The notes under the pieces were generated by a model. It was not told where the DNA came from. It did not search any database and worked only from the letters and a program-made list of their open reading frames with translations. Positions 50,563-63,722 of a stretch of DNA of 64,000 nt are shown piece after piece. The stretch is taken from positions 83,142,001-83,206,000 of the forward strand of contig NW_026262690.1 in NCBI RefSeq assembly GCF_021869535.1. Reading direction: 5' to 3'. Position numbers and translations under genes: made by a program. The number at the start of each line of letters is the position of its first letter. The stretch's first letter is position 1. This DNA is from Mytilus californianus. Lineage: Eukaryota.

Positions 50563-53500
50563 TCAAATCAAGTCAGCAACTGAAAATAAAAACAAAAATT
50601 TGTGTCAGTCAAAACTGCATTTTTTATTTAACCCCTCTTCTTGTATTTGTTTAGGTTAACCTTATTTATGCCCTAATTTTCTCTTATAACATGCTCCTAT
50701 AATTAACAGGCTTCAAACAACATAAAGTTTTTTTTTAAGTTAACATAATGTTCGTGATGGTGAACTGGTTAAAAAAAAAGATTTTGGTGGTAATTCATTT
50801 GTGAATGCTGGTGCATGAGTAGATTCACTCTAATATATCAGATCATTCACTGTTAATCACCATTATTCAGTGTTTCACAGTGATTCACATTATCAGACAT
50901 TATCGGCAGAACTTTAACCTTTCTTTATATAAACCAATGCTGAGCTCCAATCAGCATAAACAATATATACAATGTACCCATCAATAAAATACCTTAACAA
51001 CAAATATCATAAATGGAAAAACAAACATCCATTATTATATTTAGTACAATTTATACACATCTTCTTCACTATCAATGGGTATAAAAATGAAATCATTGCA
51101 AACAACTTAGTTTAACAAGTTTATTTAAATTGGGCACTGTTGTGCATTGCATGAAGTTGTGCAATTAAATTAGTTTCACGAAATAAAATCTACTGAAAGG
51201 TTAGAACAGGGTTGTATACTTCATGGTACTATGCCTAATAAGTCTTATCATCATATCATATCATAAAACCAACCTTAGGGTATTTAACAGATCGTTTAAA
51301 TTTTTTTCTTAATTACATGTACCAGCTTTCCCAGTTTAATGGAGTTCATTTGAACTTTAAACGTGTTAAATGAGCAGAAATATGATATAACTTAAAAGAG
51401 GTCTTTATATAAACATTTCATTTCACTTAACATATTTTAGTCAAACAAAATTTACACAAGCAATTCAAAAAAGTCCTAAACAAGATATTAAGTAAATAAG
51501 AAAATGCTGGGATGACTTGATAGTGAGACAAAACATATTTACAGACATACATTGTAATTAATCCAGGACCCCCTTATGAAACAAAATCTGTTAGGGTACA
51601 TTTGTGTGATTTTTTACTATCAGGTCTCCGTATGTTTGGATGATTTCCTTTTTGAAAATTCTGGATCCGCCTTGAATCCAGACTATCACAACTTCCAATT
51701 ATCGTCACTAAATGTGATATTTTACTACAATGAAGTGATGCAGATATTGTGAGAAGCACATGTAGTAGACTTTCATATCAAAATAATAAATATCAGCCTT
51801 TTCCCCGTGGTTTTTTCAAAGCTGATTACCATGATTAAATCTGTGATATTTTACCCTAATTCTATCTCAAATAAACTGTTAACACAGAGATATGTCTCGC
51901 CTTTTTGTAATTTTGATAATGCAAATGTTGAAATTAAAATAGCAATACTTTAACATGAAAGTTATGCAAATATTCAAAGTCAATAGACCATGACCGAAGG
52001 TACATGGCTAAACAATCTCCATGGAAATGAGATGTGCTAATGCTAATACAACTGCATACCAAATACCATTGACTTATCATAAGTCATTCCCTTTAAACAC
52101 AAACATTAACAGTCAGGGGACTTACTTAAATGAATGATTTTCTAAATCACTGCTTCAAGTAACATTACCTCCATAAAGGTTGGAAGTAAGAGTTGTCTTT
52201 CTTTAATAATCACCTATTTAAGTAGTACAAATTAATCACTAGCCTAAGTGATTTAATTTTATTGTAGCTTTAAATATAGAATACTAATGATCCAGGGACT
52301 AATTATGTTGCTAAAAATATCAGAACCAACATCTGTGTTGATAGGATGACCAGGTCATGTCAGGTGATGACCTTGTACTAAATCTAGGATAATGACATAA
52401 AAATCACTTGTTTAAGTATCATACCTCAATTTCCTTCCAAAAAATCACTTCTTTAAGTATCATTATTTTAATAACCCCCACTAATTTCAACACCCCCAAA
52501 CAGTGAAATTTTGATCGCGAACAGTAGAATTTTATTACATAATCTATAAGATGAAACCTTGAATTTGACAGGAAAAATACTCCCACTACTGGGAAAAATA
52601 TGTTAAGAAAGTATCAGTTCATTATGCAAAGCCATTTTTATAGCATTTTTTCAACTAAAATAGAATTTGCAGCTAAATGATTGCATCAAAGGCATAAACA
52701 TTGCTGCTTAAAAGAAGCAAAAAGTTCATTTTTTTCAATTTTACTAATGAAAAGATATTATCTAAACCTATGTGTTTAAAATTTTGGTAAAACTACAAGA
52801 TCACAATTTGTGACAAAACTTCGAATTTGCTACTTAAATAAGTGATTTAAAAATCACTTATTTCAATAAGTCCCCTGACTGATTAACTTGTAAACTATGT
52901 AAAAGTTTCAAAGTCAATGAACCATGATCAGGGGTGGGGCTATATAATCTCCATGGAAACAATACTTGCAAATGCCAATAAATTTGCATACCAAATATCA
53001 TTGACTTAACATAAGCAGTTCATCTTAAACTGATCTAATCATAAACTAATACATGTAAACTAAGCAAAAGTTTCAAAGTTAATATCCCATGACTGAGGGG
53101 GCGGGGTCAAATAATCTCCATTGAAATGAGATGTGCTAATGCTTATACAACTGCATACCAATTAACATTGGCCTACCACTGATGGTTCCCCTTGAACTGA
53201 GTTAATCACAAACTAATACATGTAAACTAAGCAAAAGTTTCAGTCAATAGACCATGACTGAGGGGGCGTAGCCAAATAATCAGCATGGAAATAAGATATG
53301 CCAATGCTTATACAACTGCATACAAAATGTTATTGACCTACTACCAGTGGTTCCTCATAAACTGACCTAATCACAAACAAATACATGTAAACAAAGCAAA
53401 AGTTTCAAAGTCAATAGACCATGACTGAGGGGGCAGGACCAAATAATCTCCATGGAAATGAGATGTGCCAATGCTAATACAACTGCATACCAAATATCAC

Positions 53501-56500
53501 TGATCTACCACTAGTGGTTCACCATAAACTAGACCTAATCACAAACTAATATATTGTTGACGCCGCTGGAAACAGCATACCTATGTCTTGCTTTTTGACT
53601 CTGCCAAGGCGAGACAATAAAATCTCTAAGGTTAGCTCATTAAATTTGGTTTACACTGATGCTATTGATTTTTGAATCAAATTTTTTATATTATTGGCAA
53701 ATGATGTTCAGATTTGCTTCAAAGACAATCACATACTTTTTACTACTGTAAATTCAGATATTATTGCGATGTTTTTATTATTGCGAAAAATGCAACAGGG
53801 TTATAATCGCAATAATTTAAACTCGCATTTTGAAATTTTTTATATGAATTAAACAGGACTTTTCTCAATATCGCAAAAATTAAAATCGCATTTTAGTATA
53901 AAATGACAAAATCGCAATAATAAATGCACGCAATAATTTCTGAATTTACGGTATTTAATGCAATATTCCTCAAATTTGATTTTTCTTGATCTGATCTGAA
54001 CTTGATGTCAAAGCAAAGATCAAAAAAAAAAGGGGAATGTGTCCATGGGACACAGATGCCCCTGCTTGAATATAACGTTATAGAGGGACATAACTCAAGA
54101 ACTGTTAAAGTGACGCTACCCAAATTTGTACTTGATCTGAGTTTTGTGGTAATAAGTATTGTGTATAAGTTTCATAACATTTGGTTGAGGCAAACTGAAG
54201 TAAGAGAACGGAAACGAAAAAAATTGTAAAGGGGCATAACTCTAGAATGGTAAAAGTGATGCCACCAAATTCAAACTTGATCTGTGTTTTGTGGTAATAA
54301 GCATTGTGTATAAGTTTCATAACATTTGGTTGAGGCAAACTAAAGTTAGGGAACCAAAACAAAAAATTCAGCAATTTTTCCATTTGTAAAGATTGATTTG
54401 ATTGATTTTTGGTGTTTTAACGCCACTTTTTAGCACCGCTTTTGAGCTATTTCGTGGCAGCCAGTTTTTATTGGTGGAGGAAGCCGGAGTGCCCGGAGAA
54501 AACCACCGACCTTCGATAGGAAAACTGACAATCCTAGTCAATTAAGATTGGAGTCTAGTGCACCCGCACGAGTGGGGTTCGAACTCACAACCTCAGTGTT
54601 GACTGGCTAGTGATTACAGTAATAACTACTTAGACCACTAGGCCACCAAGGTCCCCAATTTGTAAAGAGGAATAACTCTAGAACGGTTAAAGTGACGCCA
54701 CCAAAATTCAATCTTGATCGGTGTTTTGCGGTAATAATAAGCATTGTGTATAAGTTTTAAAACATTTGGTTGAGGCAAACTAAAGTTAAAGAACGGAAAC
54801 GAAAAATTCAGCAATTTTTCCATCGGTAAAGAGGAATAACTCTAGAACGGTAAAAGTGACGCCACCAAAATTCAAACTTGATCTCTTTTTTGTGGTAATA
54901 AGCATTGTGTATAAGTTTCATAACATTTAGTTGAGGCAAACTAAAGTTCGAGAACGGAAACGAAAAATTAAGCAATTTTTCCATTTGTAAAGGGGCATAA
55001 CTCTAGAATGATAAAAGAGACACTAATCAAATTCAAACTTGACCTGTGTTTTGTGTTAATAAGCATTGTGTATAAGTTTCATAACATTTGGTTGAGGCAA
55101 ACTAAAGTTAGAGAACGGAAACCAATTTTGGGACGTACGGACAGACGGACGTATGTACAGACGGACAAGGGTAAAACTTAATGCCCCCCTCCGCTATGGC
55201 GGGGGCATAAAAAACAAAAAAATAGTAAAAAAATTCTTTTATCAATATCTTATTGGAGCATATTTTTTCGAACTTTTCTGGAAAGAGCAGTTGGAAGATA
55301 CTAAAAGAGGTAACTTTATAGTTAATATCAAACCGTATAAAAAAGATCAGCATGACTGATAATAAGACAGATCTCTATCAATTGTAGACCAAAAGACGAA
55401 AAATGAGCATTTAAAGATCACTACATCACCAACCTATATGCATACATATTCTAAGGTAAGCTACGGAAATTCCTTTAAAAATTAACAGTTTAGGACATGA
55501 AATATTTGCCACTGGATGTTAAGCAATCATCAATCAATCAATAATAGAGTAAAGGAGACTTGTCTTTAAAATGAGATTTAAACATGTCTAGTTACTTGAA
55601 AAGCATTGGCAAGAGGCTCCTCAATGATGTCTTGAGAGATAAATAACAGGCAAATATAAAGTTACAAATAATTTTAAATAATATAACAGCTTAAAATTTA
55701 AACAATTTTCATCTTTGCAACTCAGCTTCCATATGTCAAAGAATAATTCTTTTTAATAATAGGAGATAAATTCTGAAGACACAAAAGGGTTCTTCTTCTT
55801 CAGGTATACAACAAAACTTCACGATGCTGAAGATTACTTGTCGTTGAGCATGCATAGTTACCAAAAGTTCTTGTAAATGCCAATAAAATGCTCCACAGGG
55901 CGCAGCTTGAAAAAGATCACAGAGGTCGAACCCTGAACAGTTGGGGCATGTATGGACACAACATTCAATTTTGATACAGCTCTGAATTTGGATTGTGATT
56001 AAATATTTTACACAGCATAGGTTTCTGATTCAAAAAATGAAGTTACAGACAGACTGATTGGTAGATGTAGACCTGTATAACCTCTTTAGAGAGGTATTAT
56101 AATATCTCAAATTTACCTCCCAAATCCTGTTAATAACCAAATTTTACAGTTTTGATATGTTTTAATTCTCTGCATGATTGTTTTTGCATCTTCAGGGTAT
56201 AACATTTAGTTCAAATGAAAGTGAAAATTTTGTTCTAATCTACTATTCAGGAGATGTGATAATAGCATGTCCTTAGAAGATACAATTTTATTTTGAAAAT
56301 GGTCATTTCCCTTTCAATTCATCAAAGTAATTATTCAAATTTCTATTTTGCATTGTGACCAGAGCTTCAGATAAGCAGCTTTTTGGAGCAATGATCTAAT
56401 TAGTAATACTTAAAACCAAACACATTTATCTTGTCACAAGATTTAAATATTGTTTACCTAAATGTTTGCAAATAATAATATTAAAGCAAAAATTATACAA

Positions 56501-59500
56501 CTTAATTCATTTACATACTGTAAATTCAGAAATTATTGCGTGCATTTATTATTGCGATTTTGTCATTTTAGACTAAAATGCGATTTTAATTTTTGCGATA
56601 TTGAGAAAAATCCTGTTTAATTCATATAAAAAATTTCATAATGCGAGTTTAAATTTTTGCGATTATAACCCTGTCGCATTTTTCGCAATAATAAAAACAT
56701 CGCAATAATTTCTGAATTTACAGTATTGACCCAAAGGAAAATTAAGTAGATGGATAAAATATACATTCACTTAAGGCTTTCTTAAATGGCATTATGCTAG
56801 TAAAATTACACACTTAATGAGCAAGATGTGTGAAAAATAAATATGAATTCACCAAAAAGTAATTACTGTGGATTCATTTATTTTCGTGGGTAGAGTGAGA
56901 GACCCATATTCGCCGCATAATTCGTTCATTTCCACTTACATCTGACCTACATTCGAATATTTGGAACTTTTTATGAAGGTTTCAGAAATTTAAAAGAAGG
57001 TTTCAGAAATTTAAAAGAAGGTTTCAGAAATTTAACTATGTGAAAAAAATGTTTGATAAAGAAATTATATTCAAAACATTAGTTAATTGTTCTAAAAACG
57101 AACGCAAACTCAAGAGGAAATCAAGTTGTTCGTGTACCATGGGGGACACATTTTCGCCGCAATGTATTATATGACCATCCTCATTATCCTGGTATATTAT
57201 AAAAACGAATGTTTGCAATTACATGAATTAGCTTGAGAGATCATTTCTATACGATTTTTCTCACAAATATTTACTTTAAGACTGCACATGATTGCCATAT
57301 AAATCTTACATAATTGCCAAAATCATTTAAAAACACCTGCGTATTTCTCAATATGTGCGAATAACCTTGGAAATGGGGTAAAGAGGAATATCAACAGTTG
57401 TAACATTACAAACAGCCTTTACCATCTATTTAGGCAAGTATTGGGTAAAGGCACACAAATTTTACAGAAAAAATAGCAAAACGGCAAAAATGTGTCCAAG
57501 GCGAATATGCGCCACCCACTCTACCAATTTTTGTGGATTGAGTAAAAATCTTATTTTCATGGATATTTGATTTCATGGCTTTACAAAAAGCTGCATTCAT
57601 TCCAATAGAGAATTCCTTCTTCTTTGGACATTTAAATTTGTTGTTCACCCTTTCCCATGAAATCAACTAAAATTGGCATCCCACAATAATAATGAATCCA
57701 CAGAAGTACAATGTATGGCCAAGAGTAAATTTTAAAGTATGTGATTTTGTACCTAGTAGCCAATATTTACAACCTAAAATAATTAGGAAGCCAGATCTAT
57801 ATCTGTCAAGTACCTTATTATATTATTTTCAACTTTGGGACAGCCATCTTTGAGTTCAGATCTACATAAAGTCACAAAACAGGACAATAGAATGACCATG
57901 AAACAAGCTTTTGCTGTTTTATAACTATGAAGAAGTGCAACTATTGATAATTCCCTCCAATTTCCTGCCATAGGTGTGTGTATGTGCGTTACTGTGTGTG
58001 TTAAGGACACCATTGTTTTCAACATTAATAAAAAGCAAAAGAACTTACCATTCATAGGCATTTCATCAATCTGTGTAGCGTAGTACTGTTCAATATCTCT
58101 TAATATCCTGATATCATCATTCTTTACAAAGTTGATGGCTACACCCTTCCTACCAAATCTTCCTGATCGACCAATTCTAAAATAATAGTTTTAAAATTCA
58201 CATGTATATATTTAATAGTTATATAGGTTATACACATACACATGTAAAATGTTATCCTAAACTCTTAAAATCTATCCTTTTAATTTTATGTACAATGTTA
58301 TATTGTGTATACATTATATCTGAAAATTTTGAAGACATCACACTTAATCTTATTTAATAATCTTAAGATAAAAATATGAAAATTCATTAACATTTGAAAC
58401 TATGTGCTGAAATTTCCTGAAATTGTTTGCCCAACATGAGCAAATTTATAAATTTTTCAGCTTTGTGAAAGTATGCATACCTGATGTATGGAAATTGCAT
58501 CAGTTATAAGACACAAATATTACTTTTCAAGATGAAAGTTCTATAAATCTACATTTCATATAGCCTTAATTTCTAAGGAAATATTTACCTGTGTATATAC
58601 AATTCTCTGTTGTTTGGTAAATCATAATTTATGACAAGGGAAACTTGCTGTACGTCTATACCTCTGGCCCATACATCTGTTGTTATTAATACCCGACTGA
58701 AAAATAACAATTCCTATATATTTACCAACATAAAAAATTTGCAATGGTAAAGCCTCTCAATCTTAGATATGAATATATTCACATATTGATTATCGTTAAT
58801 TGAAGGTATGATAGAGTGAATTCCCTTTCATTGATAATAAAATGCATAGAAAGTTCTGTATATCTAAATGTGCATAGGATTTATATTCTATATGAAAAAG
58901 CATGAAACCACTAAAATATAAACTCTAATATTCACAGAATACTGAAGACCCTGGACTGTCATTCACATCAAAAAGCAAATAATGAGCGAGAAATTAAACC
59001 TGAAAGTCTTTCTGTAGAGTTTTTCTTTAAATAAAAGAAGAATGTGTCTGAGGACACAAATGCCCCCGCTCAAGCTTTGCAATTTTCCAAGTTATAAAGG
59101 GGCATAACTCTAAAACGGAAAGTTACTACCCAAATTCAAGCTCTGTCTGCTAGTTTTGGTTCTTAGCATTGTGCACGAGTTTCATAAAATTTAGATAAGG
59201 CAAACTTAATTTAGAATGTGGAAAAGAAAATTGGACGGATGGAAAGACGGACGGTCAAAGATAACACTTAATGCCCCCATAGCATAGAGGGGGCATAAAA
59301 ATAAATTCACTATTTACCTTGCCCCAGATCTAAATTCTTTCATGATTGCTTCTCTCTCTTTTTGTACCATATCACCATGCATAGAGGAGACAGTGAAATT
59401 AGCTTCCCTCATCTTCTCTGTTAACCAATCCACCTGTAATAATATCCATCAATAGTGGTATCAATTTTCTTTTTTTTGCTATGAAAAAGATATTTTTTCT

Positions 59501-62500
59501 TACTTCCCTGTTAATTTAAGAAAATGTATTTTCAATGGTATATATATTCAAAATAAAAAATTTGAATTTTCCTTAAAAACGAAAATTATTTTGTTAGAAT
59601 ATATTTCGACAGTAATAAGGTTTCAGTTGTTTCATTTTATGTACGAGCATAACAACACATAACTTTGTAAACACTTAAAATACTTGAGAGTTTATTTTGT
59701 CTTGTTAACTGAAAAAATATTTTAACACATAAAATTTTATGTTATGAAAGGAAAGAGAAATAACTCTGATTTGAAAAACAAAATTAATGCTTAACCTTAA
59801 AAATCTCTAGAGGTTTCAAAGGATTTTCAGAAATTTCAGAGAACCCAAATTGATTAAAATGGCAAAATTTTAGAATTTTTCCAGAATTCAAGCTAATAAT
59901 ATTGTCATTTAAGAAGCAAAATTGCATGGCTTAATAAATGAGTAATAAGTTTTGTCTAGTCTAAGTATATACAGCACATTGTCAACCAACATTGAGAGAA
60001 TAATAATACAGAATTGGACAACTTGTTAAGTTTACACACCAAATGTATTGACTTGTTATAGCCAAATACAGCAATTTTTGAAAGAGTGGTTCTGAGGTTA
60101 TAAAAATAAGGTGTGATCTAAACATGCAGTATTCCACTCTAGCTCTGTACTTTTTAAATTATTGTTCGCATATGACAACTTGTCTAATGATTAGTGTTCG
60201 AAAAAAAACCAGTTCCTTTCTCCTTGAAAATACCACACCAACATTGATTTTTCTACTGTTCTACATACTAGACTTACTTTTCTCCTTGTGTTACAGAATA
60301 TGACTGCTTGTGTGATGGTTAATGTATCGTACAAATCACATAATGTGTCGAACTTCCATTCTTCTCTCTCTACTGCGACAAAGAACTGTTTGATTCCTTC
60401 TAAAGTCAACTCATCACTGGAAATAAAACAGATGTAAACTTGCAGTGGATAATTTAGGTTAAACTACCATAATATGATTTTTTTTAATTCAAAGCTAAGC
60501 AAAAGTTCATTAGTTTTTTTTTTTATTTAGCTACACATATATTTGAAGGTAATATTATAAATATTTTATAATATATTCAAATTGCAAGTGAATTTGGAGA
60601 AGTATCATATTCTTAAAAATATTCATTCATCTGAAACTCTCCACTTCTTCCCATTTACATTTAAACCATACCCTTCATAAAAATGAACACATTTTTCAAC
60701 ATACATACAGCAAAATAGACAAATTATATTTTCATGTGATGGCAAAGGGTATAAGATTATTTTCAACAAGTTTTGATGCTATAATAATTGATGTAAGATA
60801 TGTATGGTATGTACATGTATGTCTTTCATGAAAGCTATGAATGTATGTGACATTAATGCTGAAATTAAATAAAATCTAATAAACAGGAAATTGAAACAAA
60901 CAGGGATCTCCAATGCTTTACAAACAAGTGAAAGTGTGAGCTACTGCTCACTGATGATATCCCCGCCCAAATATTTCGGTAAACAGGAAGTTATTGAGTC
61001 ATGAAACTAAAATGCATCACACGGTGTAGCTGACTTATATAAACCCTGAAACCAAATTTCAGAAATTCTTGTATTGTAGTTCTTGAGAAAAATGTGACGT
61101 AAATTTTTCAACTTGGCTATCATGTGTAAAATGATACAAGTGTTCGGTAAACAGGAAGTTGTTGAGTGATGAATCTGAAAACGCATCACACGGTATAGCT
61201 GACTTATATAAACCCTGAAACCAAATTTCCGAAATCCTTATGATGTAGTTCCTGAGAAAGATGCGACGAAAAGTATATCATGGGATGGACAGACGGACTG
61301 ATGGACGGACTGACGGATGGACAGACAGAGGTAAAATAGTATATCCCCCATTTTTAAAGCGGGGGTATAATAATAAAACAAAATATAGATAAAACTTTTA
61401 CGCATTTATCAATCCCATTTGTTGATAAAAATATCTAACAAGTTTTTACCGTTTGACTAAGATACGGATGGGTTCTGTCATAAATTTACTGGTCATTTCT
61501 AAAATCTCATGTGGCAATGTGGCTGAGATCAGTAGTACTTGTGTGGCAGGTGGCAAATATCTGTATACATCATAGATCTGTTCTTTGAAGCCTGAAAAAG
61601 AAAATATACATAATGATACAATTATAAGCAATGGAAAGTGATACTAGTGTACAAATAAACTGTTTACAAAGTGATATGTCTTGCTCTTTGTAAAAAAAGC
61701 AGACAAGACAAAAACAGATATTTTATAGCCTATTGCCTTAAATTTGAGAATCAAGCTGCAATAGAAAAAAAAATTAATTCAAGGGGTGCTTTTTGAAATT
61801 TCTAGCCACCTAACTGTCTAAATTGTGCAGATTTATTTCATCAACCATGTGATAATAAATGTTTCACCTTAATCAATATTATCAAACACATAACCCCAAA
61901 TCATAATCAATTGCTTATGTTGGGGACTTGATAGATTACTAATGTATCACTTTAAACTTTCCCTCCATTCATATAACTTTACTGTATGTTCCTTACAATG
62001 AAATACCAAATCATACTTAAAACTTACAGGAAAATTTGCATTAATATCTTTACTTGAGAAAAAGTCTGAATATAATCTAAAAAAAAAAAAAATTCAAACT
62101 TGATCTGTGTTTTGTGGTAATAAGCATTTTGTATTAGTTTCATAATATTTGGCTGAGGCAAACTAAAGTTTGAGAACGGAAACCAACTTTGGGACGTACG
62201 TAAGTACGGACAAGGGTAAAACTTAATGCCCCCTACTCTACGGCGGGGGCATAAAAAACTCATATGTTATTGACGGTTAATCTTTTGGAATATTTTATGA
62301 AATCATTGACAACTTGTCTGGACTCTGTAAGATAATTAATTTTACATATGGTTCATAGAAGACACACCTCTAGATGACTTTTTAAGGTTTTATCATTGCT
62401 GAGTTGCTGTTTCATCAAATTTAACAACACACCTTCTTTTACTCCCATTTATTAGAATAAGTTATCTCTATACCAAACCCCATTCTTTATATATCTAAAA

Positions 62501-62651
62501 GTTTTATATGTGTCAAAAGGGGTCTATAACTGAAATATGTTTAAAATGCCTCTTAATTATCTGTTATTACCTTTATTCAACATCTCATCTGCTTCATCAA
62601 GCACCAGCATCTTTATAGATCTTGTTCTCAAATTTCTTCTTTTTATCATAT
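50563..62651 (-). CDS. eif4a3: Eukaryotic initiation factor 4A-III (exon-junction-complex DEAD-box helicase), 3' seven coding exons; 5' part outside window
   Basis: Exons, all GT-AG and phase-compatible: 62651-62571 ([27 protein letters not shown]), 61591-61450 ([25 protein letters not shown]), 60416-60278 ([47 protein letters not shown]), 59433-59318 ([22 protein letters not shown]..), 58696-58589 ([22 protein letters not shown]), 58176-58049 ([18 protein letters not shown]), 50579-50563 (VADLI*). The [19 protein letters not shown] and VWARG segments are characteristic of eIF4A-III rather than eIF4A-I/II. Confidence 0.96.
51885..53620 (+). mobile_element. HINE/pearl-like element (same family as 31705-32350) in the last eif4a3 intron, interrupted by a TIR element
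   Basis: Same 5' cagagatatgtctcgcc, about five atctccatggaaatgagat units and the same 3' hairpin. Confidence 0.8.
52110..52881. mobile_element. Non-autonomous TIR DNA element nested in the HINE-like repeat
   Basis: cagtcaggggactta (52110-52124) is perfectly inverted as taagtcccctgactg (52867-52881), extending imperfectly inward. attaa is directly repeated on both flanks. Confidence 0.75.
53746..53951. mobile_element. 206-bp TA-flanked MITE
   Basis: TA|ctgtaaattcaga.attattgcg ... cgcaataatttctgaatttacgg|TA. An equal-length copy in opposite orientation lies at 56518-56723, and a partial end at about 48225-48266. Confidence 0.85.
54030..55212 (+). mobile_element. HINE/pearl-like element with ~165-bp tandem units, interrupted by a SINE
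   Basis: 5' gaatgtgtccatgggacacagatgcccc, units with taagcattgtgtataagtttcataacatttggttgaggcaaac, a GACG microsatellite, and a 3' hairpin atgccccc..gggggcat. Shorter relatives lie at 59035-59300 and 62085-62256. Confidence 0.8.
54392..54657 (-). mobile_element. Full-length tRNA-derived SINE with 10-bp target-site duplication
   Basis: The minus strand starts ggggaccttggtggcctagtgg (A box) ... gttcgaacc (B box), has a central ggttttctccgggcactccggcttcctcc block and an (aatc)n tail. atttgtaaag is duplicated at 54382-54391 and 54658-54667. Confidence 0.88.
56518..56723. mobile_element. 206-bp TA-flanked MITE (second copy)
   Basis: Reverse complement of 53746-53951, with TA on both sides. Confidence 0.85.
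56866..57703. mobile_element. MITE related to 44477-45331
   Basis: ctgtggattcatttattttcgtggg ... aatgaatccacag ends. An internal 22-bp tandem (gaaggtttcagaaatttaaaa) x3 lies at about 56975-57035. Confidence 0.65.
60890..61371 (+). mobile_element. HINE/pearl-like element with two ~170-bp units
   Basis: 5' aaacaagtg..gatatccccgcc, a duplicated cggtaaacaggaagtt..aaaccctgaaaccaaatttc unit, a GACG/GACT microsatellite, and a 3' hairpin tatatccccc..gcgggggtata. Confidence 0.75.
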
Positions 62652-62721
62652 CTGTAGTGAAAAGTAAAATGTTGAAACTATCTCACAGGATGAAATGTGA
62701 AGACTTTTTCATTTACAAATA

Positions 62722-63722
62722 AAATGCTTCGTTGGGGCGCAGCTTGATACGACCGCAGAGGTCGAACCCTGAACAGTTGGGGCAAGTATGGACACAACAT
62801 TCAAGCTTGATACAGCTCTGAATTTGGATTGTTATTAAATATTTGACACAGCATAGGTTTCTGACACAGAAAGAATGTGGTCTAAGAACTTGAATTTTTT
62901 TAATTTACCTATTATGGTCCAATGTCCAAAATCAAAATACATGGTTAGATTCAGCTTACAAAGAACCCCATATATTCAATTTTTGTTAAAATCAAACAAA
63001 GTTTAATTTTGGACCCCAACTTGGACAAACTTGAAAACTGGGCCCATAATCAAAAATCTAAACACATGTTTAGATTCAGCATATCAAATAACCCCAAGAA
63101 TTCAATTTTTGCTAAAATCAAACTAAGTTTAATTTTGGACCCTTTGGACCTTAATGTAGACCAATTTAAAAAATGGGACTTAAAATTAAAAATCTAAATA
63201 CACGGTTAGATTTGGAATATCAAAGAACCCCAATAATTCAATTTTTGATGAAATCAAACAAAGTTTAATTTTGGACCCTTTTGACCTCAATATGAAACAA
63301 TTTGATAGCGGGGCCCACAAATAAAAAATCTAAATTCATGGTTAGATTCAGCATATCAAAGTACCCCATATATTCAATTTTTGTTGAAATAAAAAAAAGT
63401 TTAATTTTGGACCCCAACTTAGTCCAACTTGAAAACTGGGCCCATAATCAAAAATCTAAACACATGTTTAGATTCAGCATATCAAAGAACCCCAAGAATT
63501 CAATTTTTGTTAAAATCAAACTAAGTTTAATTTTGGACCCTTTGGACCTCAATGAAGACCAATTTAAAAAACGGGACCCAAATTAAAAATCTAAAAACAC
63601 GGTTAGATTTGGCATATCAAAGAACCCCAATAATTCAATTTTTGATGAAATCAAACAAAGTTTAATTTTGGACCCTTTTGACCTCAATATGAACCAATTT
63701 GATAGCGGGGCCTACAAATAAA
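62722..63722 (+). mobile_element. HINE/pearl-like element 5' block plus higher-order tandem array (about 80- and 120-bp subunits), 3' end missing
   Basis: The 5' gcgcagcttgatacgaccgcagagg block is followed by about eight ttagattcagcatatcaaagaacccc..aattcaatttttg..aaatcaaac..agtttaattttggaccc subunits. Confidence 0.7.

Noticed and set aside
54560-54657. tRNA gene
   Set aside because: The A/B boxes belong to a SINE head, followed by a SINE body, a simple-repeat tail and a TSD. No convincing cloverleaf.
2068-63586. The many 60-120-aa ORFs in intergenic and intronic DNA (e.g. 20480-20891, 24017-24373, 31195-31494, 49252-49527, 53893-55359)
   Set aside because: Many start at non-ATG codons, overlap recognised repeats, have F/I/L/K-biased composition typical of AT-rich noise, and show no motif or paralog support.
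62930-63722. CRISPR-like repeat array, and the ORFs 63009-63197 and 63302-63586 within it
   Set aside because: The DNA is eukaryotic, the intervening segments are themselves repeated rather than unique spacers, and no cas genes are present. It is a tandem core array of a HINE-like element.
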